Sequence record: DRR723986_4862
DNA: 26,934 nt
Direction: 5' to 3' (one strand)
This document shows, piece after piece, positions 1 through 8,852 of this stretch. The notes under the pieces were generated by a model. It searched no databases and had not been told where the DNA came from. It worked only from the letters and a program-made list of their open reading frames with translations. Both the position numbers and the translations under genes were made by a program. Position 1 is the stretch's first letter. Each line of letters begins with the position of its first letter.

Positions 1-786
1 AATGCCTTTAACCACAACCGCGGCGCTGGCGCGGTATTTCGTACAATTCCGTCGAAGGTGCTGACCCTTGAAGATCTGGGTATGGGCAAGGTCTTTCAGG
101 ACGTATCCATGTTGCCGCGCGGGCTGGTGTTGGTGACGGGCCCCACGGGTTCGGGTAAGTCGACGACACTCGCGGCGATGATCGACTATATCAACGACAA
201 CAAGTTTGACCATATTCTAACTATTGAAGACCCCATAGAATTTGTACACGAGTCGAAGAAATGCCTGGTGAACCAGCGCGAGGTGCACCGCGACACACAC
301 GGCTTTAACGAGGCACTGCGCTCGGCGCTGCGTGAAGACCCCGATATCATCCTGGTGGGGGAGCTGCGCGACTTGGAAACCATTCGTTTGGCACTGACGG
401 CCGCTGAAACCGGGCACCTGGTATTCGGGACCCTGCACACCACCTCTGCGGCAAAAACCATTGACCGGGTTGTCGACGTATTCCCAGGGGAAGAGAAGTC
501 TATGGTGCGCTCCATGCTCTCCGAATCGCTGCAGGCGGTTATCTCGCAAACACTGCTGAAGAAACCGGAGGGCGGACGGGTTGCTGCCCATGAGATTATG
601 ATTGGCACGCCCGCCATTCGTAATTTGATTCGTGAAGACAAAGTCGCGCAAATGTATTCAGCCATCCAGTCCGGGGCGAATGTTGGTATGCAGACGATGG
701 ATCAGTGCCTGAAAGAGCTGCTGTCCAAGCGGCAGGTCACGCGCGATGCGGCTAAATTAAAAGCGCGCTTCCCCGAGAATTTTTAG
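1..786 (+). CDS. pilT: Type IV pilus retraction ATPase PilT (5' end lies outside the window)
   Basis: The frame is open from base 1 (NAFNHNRGAGAVFRTIP...). It has Walker A GPTGSGKS, Asp box TIEDPIE, Walker B ILVGELRD, His box TLH and the PilT-specific AIRNLIRE motif. Confidence 0.97.
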   Translation, partial: NAFNHNRGAGAVFRTIPSKVLTLEDLGMGKVFQDVSMLPRGLVLVTGPTGSGKSTTLAAMIDYINDNKFDHILTIEDPIEFVHESKKCLVNQREVHRDTHGFNEALRSALREDPDIILVGELRDLETIRLALTAAETGHLVFGTLHTTSAAKTIDRVVDVFPGEEKSMVRSMLSESLQAVISQTLLKKPEGGRVAAHEIMIGTPAIRNLIREDKVAQMYSAIQSGANVGMQTMDQCLKELLSKRQVTRDAAKLKARFPENF

Positions 787-818
787 AATAAGAGGGCGCG
801 AGCGCCGAGGAGAGTAGG

Positions 819-1970
819 GTGGAAATCGAGAAGCTGCTGCGCATCATGCAGGAAAAAGGCGCTTCAGACTTATTTATTTCGGCAGGGGTGCCACCTTCGG
901 TGAAGCTCAATGGCCAGCTGATTCCCATGAGCAGTAATGCCCTGAGCCCCGAGCAGGCTCGGGAAGTTGTGCTGGGCGTGATGAATGAGCAACAGCGCCG
1001 CGAGTTTGTTCGCGATAGAGAGTGTAACTTCGCCATCAGTTCGCGGGGCATTGGTCGCTTCCGTGTCAGTGCCTTTTATCAGCGTAATTTGGTGGGGATG
1101 GTGTTGCGCCGAATTGAAACGCGCATTCCCACCACCGATGAGCTTGGGCTGCCGGATACGATCAAGGATCTGGCGATGACCAAGCGCGGGCTAATTATCT
1201 TTGTCGGTGCGACGGGAACGGGTAAATCAACGTCGCTGGCATCGATGATCGGTCACCGCAACGAAAACTCGCGCGGCCACATTATCACCGTGGAAGACCC
1301 CATCGAATTTGTGCATCAGCACCGTGGTTGTATCGTTACTCAGCGCGAGGTGGGCATTGATACGGAGTCCTTTGAAGTGGCGCTGAAGAATATGCTGCGC
1401 CAGGCGCCGGATGTCATCATGATCGGTGAGGTGCGCTCGCGGGAAACCATGGAGCACGCCATCACCTTCGCTGAAACCGGGCATTTGTGTCTATGCACCC
1501 TGCACGCAAACAACGCCAACCAGGCACTCGACCGAATCTTGCATTTCTTTCCGCCAGAGCGTCACAGTCAGCTATGGATGGATTTGTCATTGAACCTGCG
1601 GGCGATGGTGGCGCAGCAGCTGCTGCCGACCCGCGATGGACAGAGCCGCCGCGCTTGTGTGGAAATATTGCTTAATACACCCCTGGCTGCTGACTTGATT
1701 CGCAAGGGCGAAGTGGCCGCGCTGAAAGACCTGATGCGCCAGTCCACCGAGCAGGGGATGCAAACCTTTGATCAAGCCTTGTACGACCTGTACGTGGCGG
1801 GTGAAATTACTTACCAGGATGCCATCGCTCACGCGGATTCGGCGAACGATCTGCGGCTGCTGATCAAGCTGGGTGCCGACAACGACGTTGACCAGATGCA
1901 CAGTGCGGCGGGTAACTTGACGATGCAAGAGGTGGAAAAGGACACCCCGGGCGGCATTGGCCGCCGCTAG
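819..1970 (+). CDS. pilU: Type IV pilus ATPase PilU
   Basis: PilT paralogue directly downstream of pilT, with GATGTGKS, TVEDPIE, MIGEVR and TLHANNANQALDRI. GTG start with AGGAG upstream. Confidence 0.95.
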   Translation: MEIEKLLRIMQEKGASDLFISAGVPPSVKLNGQLIPMSSNALSPEQAREVVLGVMNEQQRREFVRDRECNFAISSRGIGRFRVSAFYQRNLVGMVLRRIETRIPTTDELGLPDTIKDLAMTKRGLIIFVGATGTGKSTSLASMIGHRNENSRGHIITVEDPIEFVHQHRGCIVTQREVGIDTESFEVALKNMLRQAPDVIMIGEVRSRETMEHAITFAETGHLCLCTLHANNANQALDRILHFFPPERHSQLWMDLSLNLRAMVAQQLLPTRDGQSRRACVEILLNTPLAADLIRKGEVAALKDLMRQSTEQGMQTFDQALYDLYVAGEITYQDAIAHADSANDLRLLIKLGADNDVDQMHSAAGNLTMQEVEKDTPGGIGRR

Positions 1971-1981
1971 TTTGCAGGGGA

Positions 1982-2410
1982 CTAATTTTGCCCCTGCTCC
2001 CGCATCCAGCTTTCCAAGATGATCGCAGCACTGAGTCCGTCGACGCCGCGGTCTTTGAAAGCCTGATTGCCTGCCTGCTCAATCAGCTCCCCTTTGGCTT
2101 CGAAGCTGGACAGTCGTTCGTCAGCAAAGTCGACTGCAACGCCAAAACGACCGTGAATGCGGTTGCCGAACTTTCGCGCGCGCTGACACATTTCTGACTC
2201 GCTACCATCCATATTTAACGGTAGCCCGACGACCACGGTTTGCGGTTGCCATTCTTTCAGTAGCGCCTCAATTTCATGCCATTGCGGAATGCCGTCTTTG
2301 GCGCGCAGCGACTTCAGTGCTGACGCGCTGCCGGTGAGGCTTTGGCCCACGGCGCAACCAATCCAGCGGAGTCCATAGTCAAAGGCGAGATAACGTTGTG
2401 CTGCACTCAT
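1982..2410 (-). CDS. yqgF: YqgF/RuvX RNase H-fold nuclease (pre-16S rRNA processing family)
   Basis: Motifs LAFDYG, VVGLP, DERLSS and VDGLSAAIILE; lies next to yqgE. Confidence 0.95.
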   Translation of the reverse strand: MSAAQRYLAFDYGLRWIGCAVGQSLTGSASALKSLRAKDGIPQWHEIEALLKEWQPQTVVVGLPLNMDGSESEMCQRARKFGNRIHGRFGVAVDFADERLSSFEAKGELIEQAGNQAFKDRGVDGLSAAIILESWMREQGQN

Positions 2411-2438
2411 AAGGGTAGTTTTCTATTGGGGAGGCGGC

Positions 2439-2467
2439 ATTGTAGCGCAGCGAAGGGCCTTCTTCAG
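2439..2467 (-). promoter_or_regulatory. Putative sigma70 promoter for yqgF
   Basis: Minus strand CTGAAG-N17-TACAAT followed by a GC-rich discriminator, about 30 nt upstream of the yqgF ATG. Confidence 0.4.
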
Positions 2468-3033
2468 GCGTGGCCGCTATCGGAGCCGAGCTGGGCGAAA
2501 TTAATGCCGAGTTTCGCCAGTGCAGCATCGACACGCTGATCGGCAGGCGTATCGAAAATAACTTTATCGTCAGCGGGTAGTGACAGCCAGGCATTGTCGG
2601 CGAGCTCTTCCTCTAATTGGCCGGGCGCCCAGCCAGCATAGCCAAGGGCAATGAGTGTGTCAGCGGGGCCGCTGCCACGTGCGATAGCGTCGAGGATGTC
2701 CAGTGAGGTGGTAAGCGCCAGTTTGGGGCTGATTTCAAGGCTGGCATCCCAGCGCTGTTTGTCGCGGCGATGCAAAACAAAACCGCGGTCTGTATGAACG
2801 GGACCGCCGGCAAAGACGGGCTGTTTGCGGTGTTGCCCGGGTTCGTCGAAGTCGAGCTGGGCCAGAATTTCCTCAACATCCATATCCAGCGGCCGGTTGA
2901 CGATTAAGCCCATGGCACCATTCTCGTCGTGCTCGCAGAGATAGACCAGGCTATGGGCAAAAATGCCTTCGCCGAGGTTGGGAAGGGCGACAAGGAAGTG
3001 ATCCTGCATTGACGAAAAGGTGGGCTCAGCCAT
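2464..3033 (-). CDS. yqgE: YqgE/AlgH family protein (UPF0301)
   Basis: Motifs HFLVALP, CEHDENGAMGLIVNRP, GGPVHTDRGFVLH and GYAGWAPGQLEEEL..NAWL; GGAG SD. Confidence 0.96.
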   Translation of the reverse strand: MAEPTFSSMQDHFLVALPNLGEGIFAHSLVYLCEHDENGAMGLIVNRPLDMDVEEILAQLDFDEPGQHRKQPVFAGGPVHTDRGFVLHRRDKQRWDASLEISPKLALTTSLDILDAIARGSGPADTLIALGYAGWAPGQLEEELADNAWLSLPADDKVIFDTPADQRVDAALAKLGINFAQLGSDSGHA

Positions 3034-3071
3034 AACAGCTCCGAGGCAAGCAGTTAGCGCAGTAAGTTTTA

Positions 3072-3099
3072 GTATGGGGTAATTTTTGCCAATCTCAAG
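3072..3099 (-). promoter_or_regulatory. Putative sigma32 (RpoH) promoter for yqgE-yqgF
   Basis: Minus strand CTTGAGA-N13-CCCCATAC, close to the RpoH consensus CTTGAAA-N13/14-CCCCATnT. Confidence 0.6.
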
Positions 3100-3101
3100 C
3101 G

Positions 3102-3986
3102 CTAGCGGCTGTTCGCGCGCAGACTGTTGCGCTCGAAGCGCCAGGTGCGAACGATGCCCAGGCGATTTTTGCCATCGAGTACGTCTTTGGGAATGGCTTC
3201 GTAGGGGGCCGCAAGTCTGACGATTCGGTTCGCCGCCTTGTCGAGCTCCGGGTGGCCAGAGCTACGCATAATTCTCACCTCATCGATACGGCCGTCAGGG
3301 AAAAGCATAAGCAGCATGCGTAGCTCGCCAGTCAGGCCTTGTTTTCGGGCGCTTTCCGGGTAGTGCAGGTTTCCAATATGCTCAACATGTGACTCCCAGC
3401 GGTCCAGATACAAGGCGTCGGGTGAGCCGCGGGTTGCGACGGAGGTGATAAATTTCGGCCTGGGCATGCTGGCATAGGCCTGATTTAGGTGGTCAAGCTG
3501 CGCTTCGAGCGCCGCGATGTTCTCGCTCAGCTCGGTCATATCGTCATCGCCATTGAGAGGCTGCGGCTGGCGCTTATCGGCGTTTTGGTCCGTAGTGATG
3601 TGCTGCGCACTGGCGTTGCGACTGTGGAGAATGGCGCGATTTTCACTGGCCTGCTGGGCCTTCGCTTGTTTGAAAACGTGTTCAGGTGGCGCGCTATTAT
3701 CGTGAAAGGCGCTATCTATCCGGCTGCTAAGCTCTGCTTTGTCCTTCAGGCTGCCGCTGCCTAATTGGTCGTGCTGGGCAATATAGTCGGCCTTTTCCGG
3801 CGCATTTTCGCTTTGATATTGCGCGAGCGTGACCTCGAGGCTGGGGAGTTTTGGATCACTGCTCAGCGCAGAAAAGCTGATGCCCAAAATAAGTGCTGCG
3901 TGCAGCGCCGCTGCGAAACAGAAAATAAAGCCGAGGCGCTCGGGCGAGTCCGAACGCTCTTCGTGAATAGGGAAGGCGACGGCCAT
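3102..3986 (-). CDS. tonB: TonB-family energy transducer (TonB3-like)
   Basis: N-terminal TM helix with His (FAAALHAALILG) and a C-terminal TonB_C domain (YPESARKQGLTG...SSGHPELDKAA). Same position between gshB and algH as Pseudomonas tonB3. Confidence 0.85.
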   Translation of the reverse strand: MAVAFPIHEERSDSPERLGFIFCFAAALHAALILGISFSALSSDPKLPSLEVTLAQYQSENAPEKADYIAQHDQLGSGSLKDKAELSSRIDSAFHDNSAPPEHVFKQAKAQQASENRAILHSRNASAQHITTDQNADKRQPQPLNGDDDMTELSENIAALEAQLDHLNQAYASMPRPKFITSVATRGSPDALYLDRWESHVEHIGNLHYPESARKQGLTGELRMLLMLFPDGRIDEVRIMRSSGHPELDKAANRIVRLAAPYEAIPKDVLDGKNRLGIVRTWRFERNSLRANSR

Positions 3987-3989
3987 GGA

Positions 3990-4952
3990 TTACCGGGCCC
4001 GTTTGGCTGCCAGTTTATTCGAAATTGCATCCATGAGCTGGCCGGCAATGTCGGTGCCAAACTGCGTATCGATTTCGCGGATGCAGGTAGGGCTGGTGAC
4101 ATTGATTTCCGTCAGCGAGTCGCCAATAACGTCCAGGCCGACAAAAAGAAGACCCTTTTCGCGTGCTACCGGAGCGACCTGGGCGGCTATCCAGCGGTCG
4201 CGTTCGCTGAGCGGCTGTGCCCGCCCGCTGCCACCTGCTGCCAAATTACCGCGGCTCTCTCCGGCGGCGGGAATCCGCGCCAGGCAGTAATCGACCACCT
4301 CGCCGTCGACCAGCAAGATGCGCTTATCTCCATCTTTAATTTCGGGGAGGTAGCGCTGTGCCATGGTCATGGTGCGGCCGTGGTTCGTGAGGGTTTCAAT
4401 GATCACTGAAACGTTGGCATCGTCGGGGCGCAGGCGAAAGATAGAGCTGCCGCCCATACCGTCGAGTGGCTTCATGACGACGTCGCCGTGTTCGCGGTGG
4501 AAGGCGCGCAAGCGGGCGGGGTCACGGCTGACCAGCTGGGTCGGTGTGCACTGGGGGAATTGCAGTGCGAACAGCTTTTCGTTGCAATCACGCAGTGATT
4601 GGGGGCGGTTCACCACCATGGCGCCCTGGCGTTCGGCCAGTTCCAGTATGTGAGTGGCGTAGAGAAACTCGTTATCGAATGGGGGATCCTTGCGCATCAA
4701 AATGACGTCAAGTTCTCCAAGGTCGATGTCTTGGGCGTCGTCGAGCTGATAAAAGTTGTCGGGGTTTTTGAATGGGGTGATCTTGCGCACCTGCGCGCGC
4801 GCAGCCCCTGCGGTGATATACAGGTCGCTCAGCGTCATGTAATCGATATGCCAGCCGCGCTCGTCGGCGGCCCACAGCATGGCGAGAGTGGAGTCTTTTT
4901 TGTAGTTGACCTGTTCGATCGGGTCCATGACCACGCCTAAGCGAATCGTCAT
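3990..4952 (-). CDS. gshB: Glutathione synthetase
   Basis: Motifs VVMDPI..KKDST, MRKDPPFD, KPLDGMGG, RGNLAAGG and TEINVTSPTC. Confidence 0.98.
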   Translation of the reverse strand: MTIRLGVVMDPIEQVNYKKDSTLAMLWAADERGWHIDYMTLSDLYITAGAARAQVRKITPFKNPDNFYQLDDAQDIDLGELDVILMRKDPPFDNEFLYATHILELAERQGAMVVNRPQSLRDCNEKLFALQFPQCTPTQLVSRDPARLRAFHREHGDVVMKPLDGMGGSSIFRLRPDDANVSVIIETLTNHGRTMTMAQRYLPEIKDGDKRILLVDGEVVDYCLARIPAAGESRGNLAAGGSGRAQPLSERDRWIAAQVAPVAREKGLLFVGLDVIGDSLTEINVTSPTCIREIDTQFGTDIAGQLMDAISNKLAAKRAR

Positions 4953-4972
4953 TTAATCACCTGTGGCAAATA

Positions 4973-4988
4973 TGTGAGACAGCTCCCA
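4973..4988. promoter_or_regulatory. CRP/Vfr-like binding site in the gshB-pilG divergent region
   Basis: TGTGA-GACAGC-TCCCA is a 9/10 match to TGTGA-N6-TCACA, with A/T-rich flanks. Confidence 0.4.
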
Positions 4989-5314
4989 AACCCTTAATGA
5001 ATATGGGGACGCGACCCGAAGGCCTTGCGATGATGGCGAGGTATTTGGGTAGGGGCCTTCATGAGGGAGGCGCTATCTACGGGTAAACGCGCTATGCTCT
5101 TTTATGGAGCATGCTCTCATCGCTCAACTAAAATACCGTATTCCCCGTGCTTACGGCAATTGGTGTTGCGGTAAAGCCGCCTGCCAGTGGGCGCTTTTAC
5201 ATAATAAGATGATGGCGGGTGCGAGCATTCCGTGGTAAAAATTTCGCTCTGAAAATAGGTTGCGACGCACCGTCGCGACGCTATCGGATTGGCACAGAAT
5301 AAGGTTGTGAGTTT

Positions 5315-5698
5315 ATGGAAGCCAATTTTTCTGACCTGAAGGTCATGATCATCGATGACAGTAAAACCATTCGCAGAACGACGGAGACTTTGCTCGCCAA
5401 GGCGGGCTGCACCGTGGTGACGGCAATAGATGGCTTTGATGCGCTGGCAAAAATCGCCGATACCAAGCCCGATATTATTTTTGTCGATATCATGATGCCT
5501 CGGCTCGATGGTTACCAAACCTGTGCCTTGATCAAGAACAACAGCGAGTTTAAGTCGACGCCGGTGATCATGCTCTCAAGTAAGGACGGCTTGTTCGACA
5601 AAGCGAAAGGCCGTATCGTTGGGTCGGATCAGTATCTGACCAAGCCCTTCAGTAAGAATGAATTACTCGATGCCATTCAGGCACACGTATCAAACTGA
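5315..5698 (+). CDS. pilG: Pil-Chp response regulator PilG
   Basis: Single REC domain (VMIIDDSKTIRR, DIMMPRLDGYQTCALIK, KDGLFDKAKGR); first gene of the operon. Confidence 0.97.
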   Translation: MEANFSDLKVMIIDDSKTIRRTTETLLAKAGCTVVTAIDGFDALAKIADTKPDIIFVDIMMPRLDGYQTCALIKNNSEFKSTPVIMLSSKDGLFDKAKGRIVGSDQYLTKPFSKNELLDAIQAHVSN

Positions 5699-5792
5699 TA
5701 ATAAATATAAACCACATAAAAGGGCCGCACAGAAAGGCCTGCTATAAACCCCTGAATCTACAAAACAGGGGTGCTACTGCGAGAGGGATGTA

Positions 5793-6155
5793 ATGCCACG
5801 TGTATTGATCGTTGATGATTCGCCCACAGAAATTGTGAAGATTCGCCAAATTCTCAGTAAAAACGGCTACGACGTGATTACTGCAGAGAGTGGCGAGCGG
5901 GGCATTGAGCTGGTGCGAGCGGAAAACCCCGACGTTGTACTGATGGATATAGTGATGCCGGGCCTCAATGGCTTTCAAGCAACACGTCAGCTCAGCCGGG
6001 ACCCTGATACCAGCAGCGTACCGGTGATTATTGTTACCACGAAAGATCAAGAAACGGATCGCCTCTGGGGGCAGCGTCAGGGGGCGAAGGGCTACCTGAC
6101 TAAGCCGGTAGACGGCAAGCTGTTGATCAAAACGATTGAGTCAGTTCTGAATTAA
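5793..6155 (+). CDS. pilH: Pil-Chp response regulator PilH
   Basis: REC domain with DDSPTE, DIVMPGLNGFQATRQL and TTKDQETDRLWG. Confidence 0.97.
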   Translation: MPRVLIVDDSPTEIVKIRQILSKNGYDVITAESGERGIELVRAENPDVVLMDIVMPGLNGFQATRQLSRDPDTSSVPVIIVTTKDQETDRLWGQRQGAKGYLTKPVDGKLLIKTIESVLN

Positions 6156-6169
6156 GGTAGCCCGTCACC

Positions 6170-6712
6170 ATGACCGAAGCGCAGAGCGCCTTTCGTTATC
6201 TAAGTGAGCTGGCCCGTCGCAGTCGCCGTGCCGACGGCGACGTTGTCGAACAAACCGACAGCCAAGAATCCCTGTGGAGCGGTATCGGTTTCGCTATTGG
6301 TTCCCAGTACTGTGTGGTGCCTATGGGCGAAATTGTTGAAGTCCTCAGCGAGCCTCCGGCAACTCGGCTTCCGGGTGTGAAAAGCTGGATCAAAGGCGTT
6401 GCCAATGTGCGGGGACGTCTGTTGCCGCTGCTGGATCTCGCACAATTCCTTGATGACACATCCGCAACGGCCAGTGGTCAGCGCCGCGTATTGGTGCTTG
6501 AGCGCGGCGAGATCTATACCGGCCTGGTCGTGGATGACGTTTTCGGTATGCAGCATTTTCACGCGGATGCATTCAGTGAAGAGCTCGGCAGTATTTTGCC
6601 GCCAATGCAGCGCTTCAGCGACGGTGTTTATCGGCAGGGCAGCCGGGAATGGGCGCTATTCAGACCACTAAAACTGATGGAAGTCAGAGACTTCTACGAC
6701 GTCGCCGTATAG
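6170..6712 (+). CDS. pilI: CheW-like adaptor PilI
   Basis: Motifs WSGIGF, LPGVKSWIKGVANVRGRLLP and GLVVDDVFGMQHF. Confidence 0.95.
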   Translation: MTEAQSAFRYLSELARRSRRADGDVVEQTDSQESLWSGIGFAIGSQYCVVPMGEIVEVLSEPPATRLPGVKSWIKGVANVRGRLLPLLDLAQFLDDTSATASGQRRVLVLERGEIYTGLVVDDVFGMQHFHADAFSEELGSILPPMQRFSDGVYRQGSREWALFRPLKLMEVRDFYDVAV

Positions 6713-6760
6713 GCGCGACAACGACAAGAAAAACATGGAAATATCCTGGAGTCGGGGCAA

Positions 6761-8788
6761 ATGAAAGCAGCAAGAAAAGGCGATGCCGCTAAGCTAAAAA
6801 CGGGGCGTGCGGCCAGTGTTATTGTCGCATTGATGCTGGTTGGGTTTATCGGGGCAGGCTTTAACACCTATGTGATACTGCGCGATGCCGGCTACGATCA
6901 GCGCTACTTGGAGTTGACGGGTGAAATGCGCCTCTATGCGCAGCAGCTGGCCAATGCGTCGCGCGAGGCCGCGCTGGGTGACACCGCCTCCTTTGATACG
7001 CTTGCCAGGGCGCAGCGGAATTTTGGTGCGGTGCGTCGCGAACTAGTGGAGGGGAGCAAAGACCTGCCCTCGCCGGCGGACATGCTCGGCGGCGACATTG
7101 CTCAGCTCAATCGCTTGTGGGCACAGGTAGACAGTGCTGCAGAAACCATTGTTAGCAACCGCGAGCGCATCGTTTTCCTCTACGAGGTCGCTGCAAACCT
7201 CAACCAACTCATTCCCCAGCTTCAAGATGCCTACAACAAAGTTGTAGGCATTATGCTCAAGAGCGATGCCTCGGCTAACCAAGTGGCCATTGCTCAGCGC
7301 CAGTCGCTGCTACTGGAGCGGATTGCGCGCAACGTAGACCGCATGTTGGAAGGCACCGATGCGGCTACCGCGGCAGCCGAGCAGTTTACGGTCGACGCCA
7401 ATGAATTTGGCACGGTGCTGCGCGGCATGCTGGCGGGCAATAAGGCGATCGGCGTGGCCCCGGTTGCCGACAAAAATGCGCGCAACCTGCTGATGCGGGT
7501 CGGGCAGGACTTTCAGATGATTAGTGGTTCGGTGGACGAAATTTTCCAAGTGTCTCCGGAGCTACTGAAGTCGGCAGAAGCGGCAGGCGTGATTGTCGTA
7601 AATGTTCCGGAGATTATGCAGGTCACCAGTAACCTTTCCAGTCGCATTAGCCGGCTTGATGAAGAGCGCCCACTGTCGGTGGTTACCGCGATTGGCTTTG
7701 TGGGCGTCGTTGTTATTGCACTTGGCTTATTGGGTATGAACTCCATCCGCACTGCGCAGCAGCGTTTGCGGGCAACGGCGGAAACCAACGAGCGAAACCA
7801 AACGGCAATCTTGCGCCTGCTTGATGAATTGGCTGACTTGGCCGACGGTGATTTGACAACGTCGGCAACGGTGACCGAGGACTTCACCGGTGCGATTGCC
7901 GACTCGATTAACTACACCATCGACCAGTTGCGGGTCTTGGTTTCGCAGATTAACGAAACCGCGCAGGAGGTGTCGCTCGCGGCCCAGGGGTCACAGGCCA
8001 CCGCGCTGAATTTGGCCGAGGCCTCAGAGAGTCAGGCCCGCGAAATTGCCGGTGCCTCGGCGGCCATCACCGAAATGGCGGTAACGATCGATAAAGTATC
8101 CAGCAATGCCCGTGAATCTGCTGCGGTTGCCCAGCGCTCGGTAGCGATCGCTAATACCGGTGCTGAAGTCGTACAGAACACGATAAAAGGCATGGACAAT
8201 ATCCGTGAGCAGATTCAAGAGACATCCAAGCGTATCAAGCGACTGGGTGAGTCGACGCAGGAGATCGGTGACATCGTCTCGCTGATCAACGATATTGCCG
8301 ATCAGACCAATATCCTGGCGCTGAATGCTGCTATTCAAGCCTCGATGGCCGGTGATGCGGGTCGTGGTTTTGCGGTGGTCGCGGATGAAGTTCAGCGTCT
8401 TGCTGAGCGCTCGTCGGGTGCGACAAAGCAGATTGAGGCCCTGGTAAAAACGATTCAGTCCGACACCAATGAAGCGGTTATTTCCATGGAGCAAACCACC
8501 TCGGAAGTGGTCCGGGGGGCACGCCTTGCTCAGGACGCGGGTGCCGCACTAACAGAGATCGAAACGGTATCTCAGGAATTGGCGGAATTGATCGAAACGA
8601 TCTCAAACGCAGCGGCCGATCAGGCGAAGTCGGCGGGGCAAATCTCGTCAACGATGAAGATCATTCAAGAAATTACTTCGCAAACCTCAGCGGGTAGTAC
8701 CGAAACAGCGAATTCGATTGGGGAGTTGGCCACCATGACCGACGACCTGCGCAGCTCGGTGGCCGGTTTCACCTTGCCGAACCAATAG
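6761..8788 (+). CDS. pilJ: Methyl-accepting chemotaxis protein PilJ
   Basis: Two TM segments, a periplasmic domain, the PilJ-type [23 protein letters not shown] region and the MCP hairpin [33 protein letters not shown]. Confidence 0.96.
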   Translation: MKAARKGDAAKLKTGRAASVIVALMLVGFIGAGFNTYVILRDAGYDQRYLELTGEMRLYAQQLANASREAALGDTASFDTLARAQRNFGAVRRELVEGSKDLPSPADMLGGDIAQLNRLWAQVDSAAETIVSNRERIVFLYEVAANLNQLIPQLQDAYNKVVGIMLKSDASANQVAIAQRQSLLLERIARNVDRMLEGTDAATAAAEQFTVDANEFGTVLRGMLAGNKAIGVAPVADKNARNLLMRVGQDFQMISGSVDEIFQVSPELLKSAEAAGVIVVNVPEIMQVTSNLSSRISRLDEERPLSVVTAIGFVGVVVIALGLLGMNSIRTAQQRLRATAETNERNQTAILRLLDELADLADGDLTTSATVTEDFTGAIADSINYTIDQLRVLVSQINETAQEVSLAAQGSQATALNLAEASESQAREIAGASAAITEMAVTIDKVSSNARESAAVAQRSVAIANTGAEVVQNTIKGMDNIREQIQETSKRIKRLGESTQEIGDIVSLINDIADQTNILALNAAIQASMAGDAGRGFAVVADEVQRLAERSSGATKQIEALVKTIQSDTNEAVISMEQTTSEVVRGARLAQDAGAALTEIETVSQELAELIETISNAAADQAKSAGQISSTMKIIQEITSQTSAGSTETANSIGELATMTDDLRSSVAGFTLPNQ

Positions 8789-8852
8789 CATAAGCCCTGA
8801 GCGCTGGCCGACAGGGGCTGTCGGTGAAAAATAGGAACAAAGGCTGACGGAT

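Noticed and set aside
3765-4409. 214-aa plus-strand ORF and the many other short overlapping ORFs in the track
   Set aside because: They lie antisense to or out of frame within clearly conserved genes and have no recognisable motifs. This is expected at this GC content.
4985-5050. Resemblance to a c-di-GMP-I (GEMM) riboswitch upstream of pilG (CAAACC...GGGACGC...GGCCT)
   Set aside because: It lacks the GGC before AAAC, the GNRA tetraloop and the AAAG after GACGC needed for ligand binding. TATGGGG is better explained as a minus-strand promoter element.
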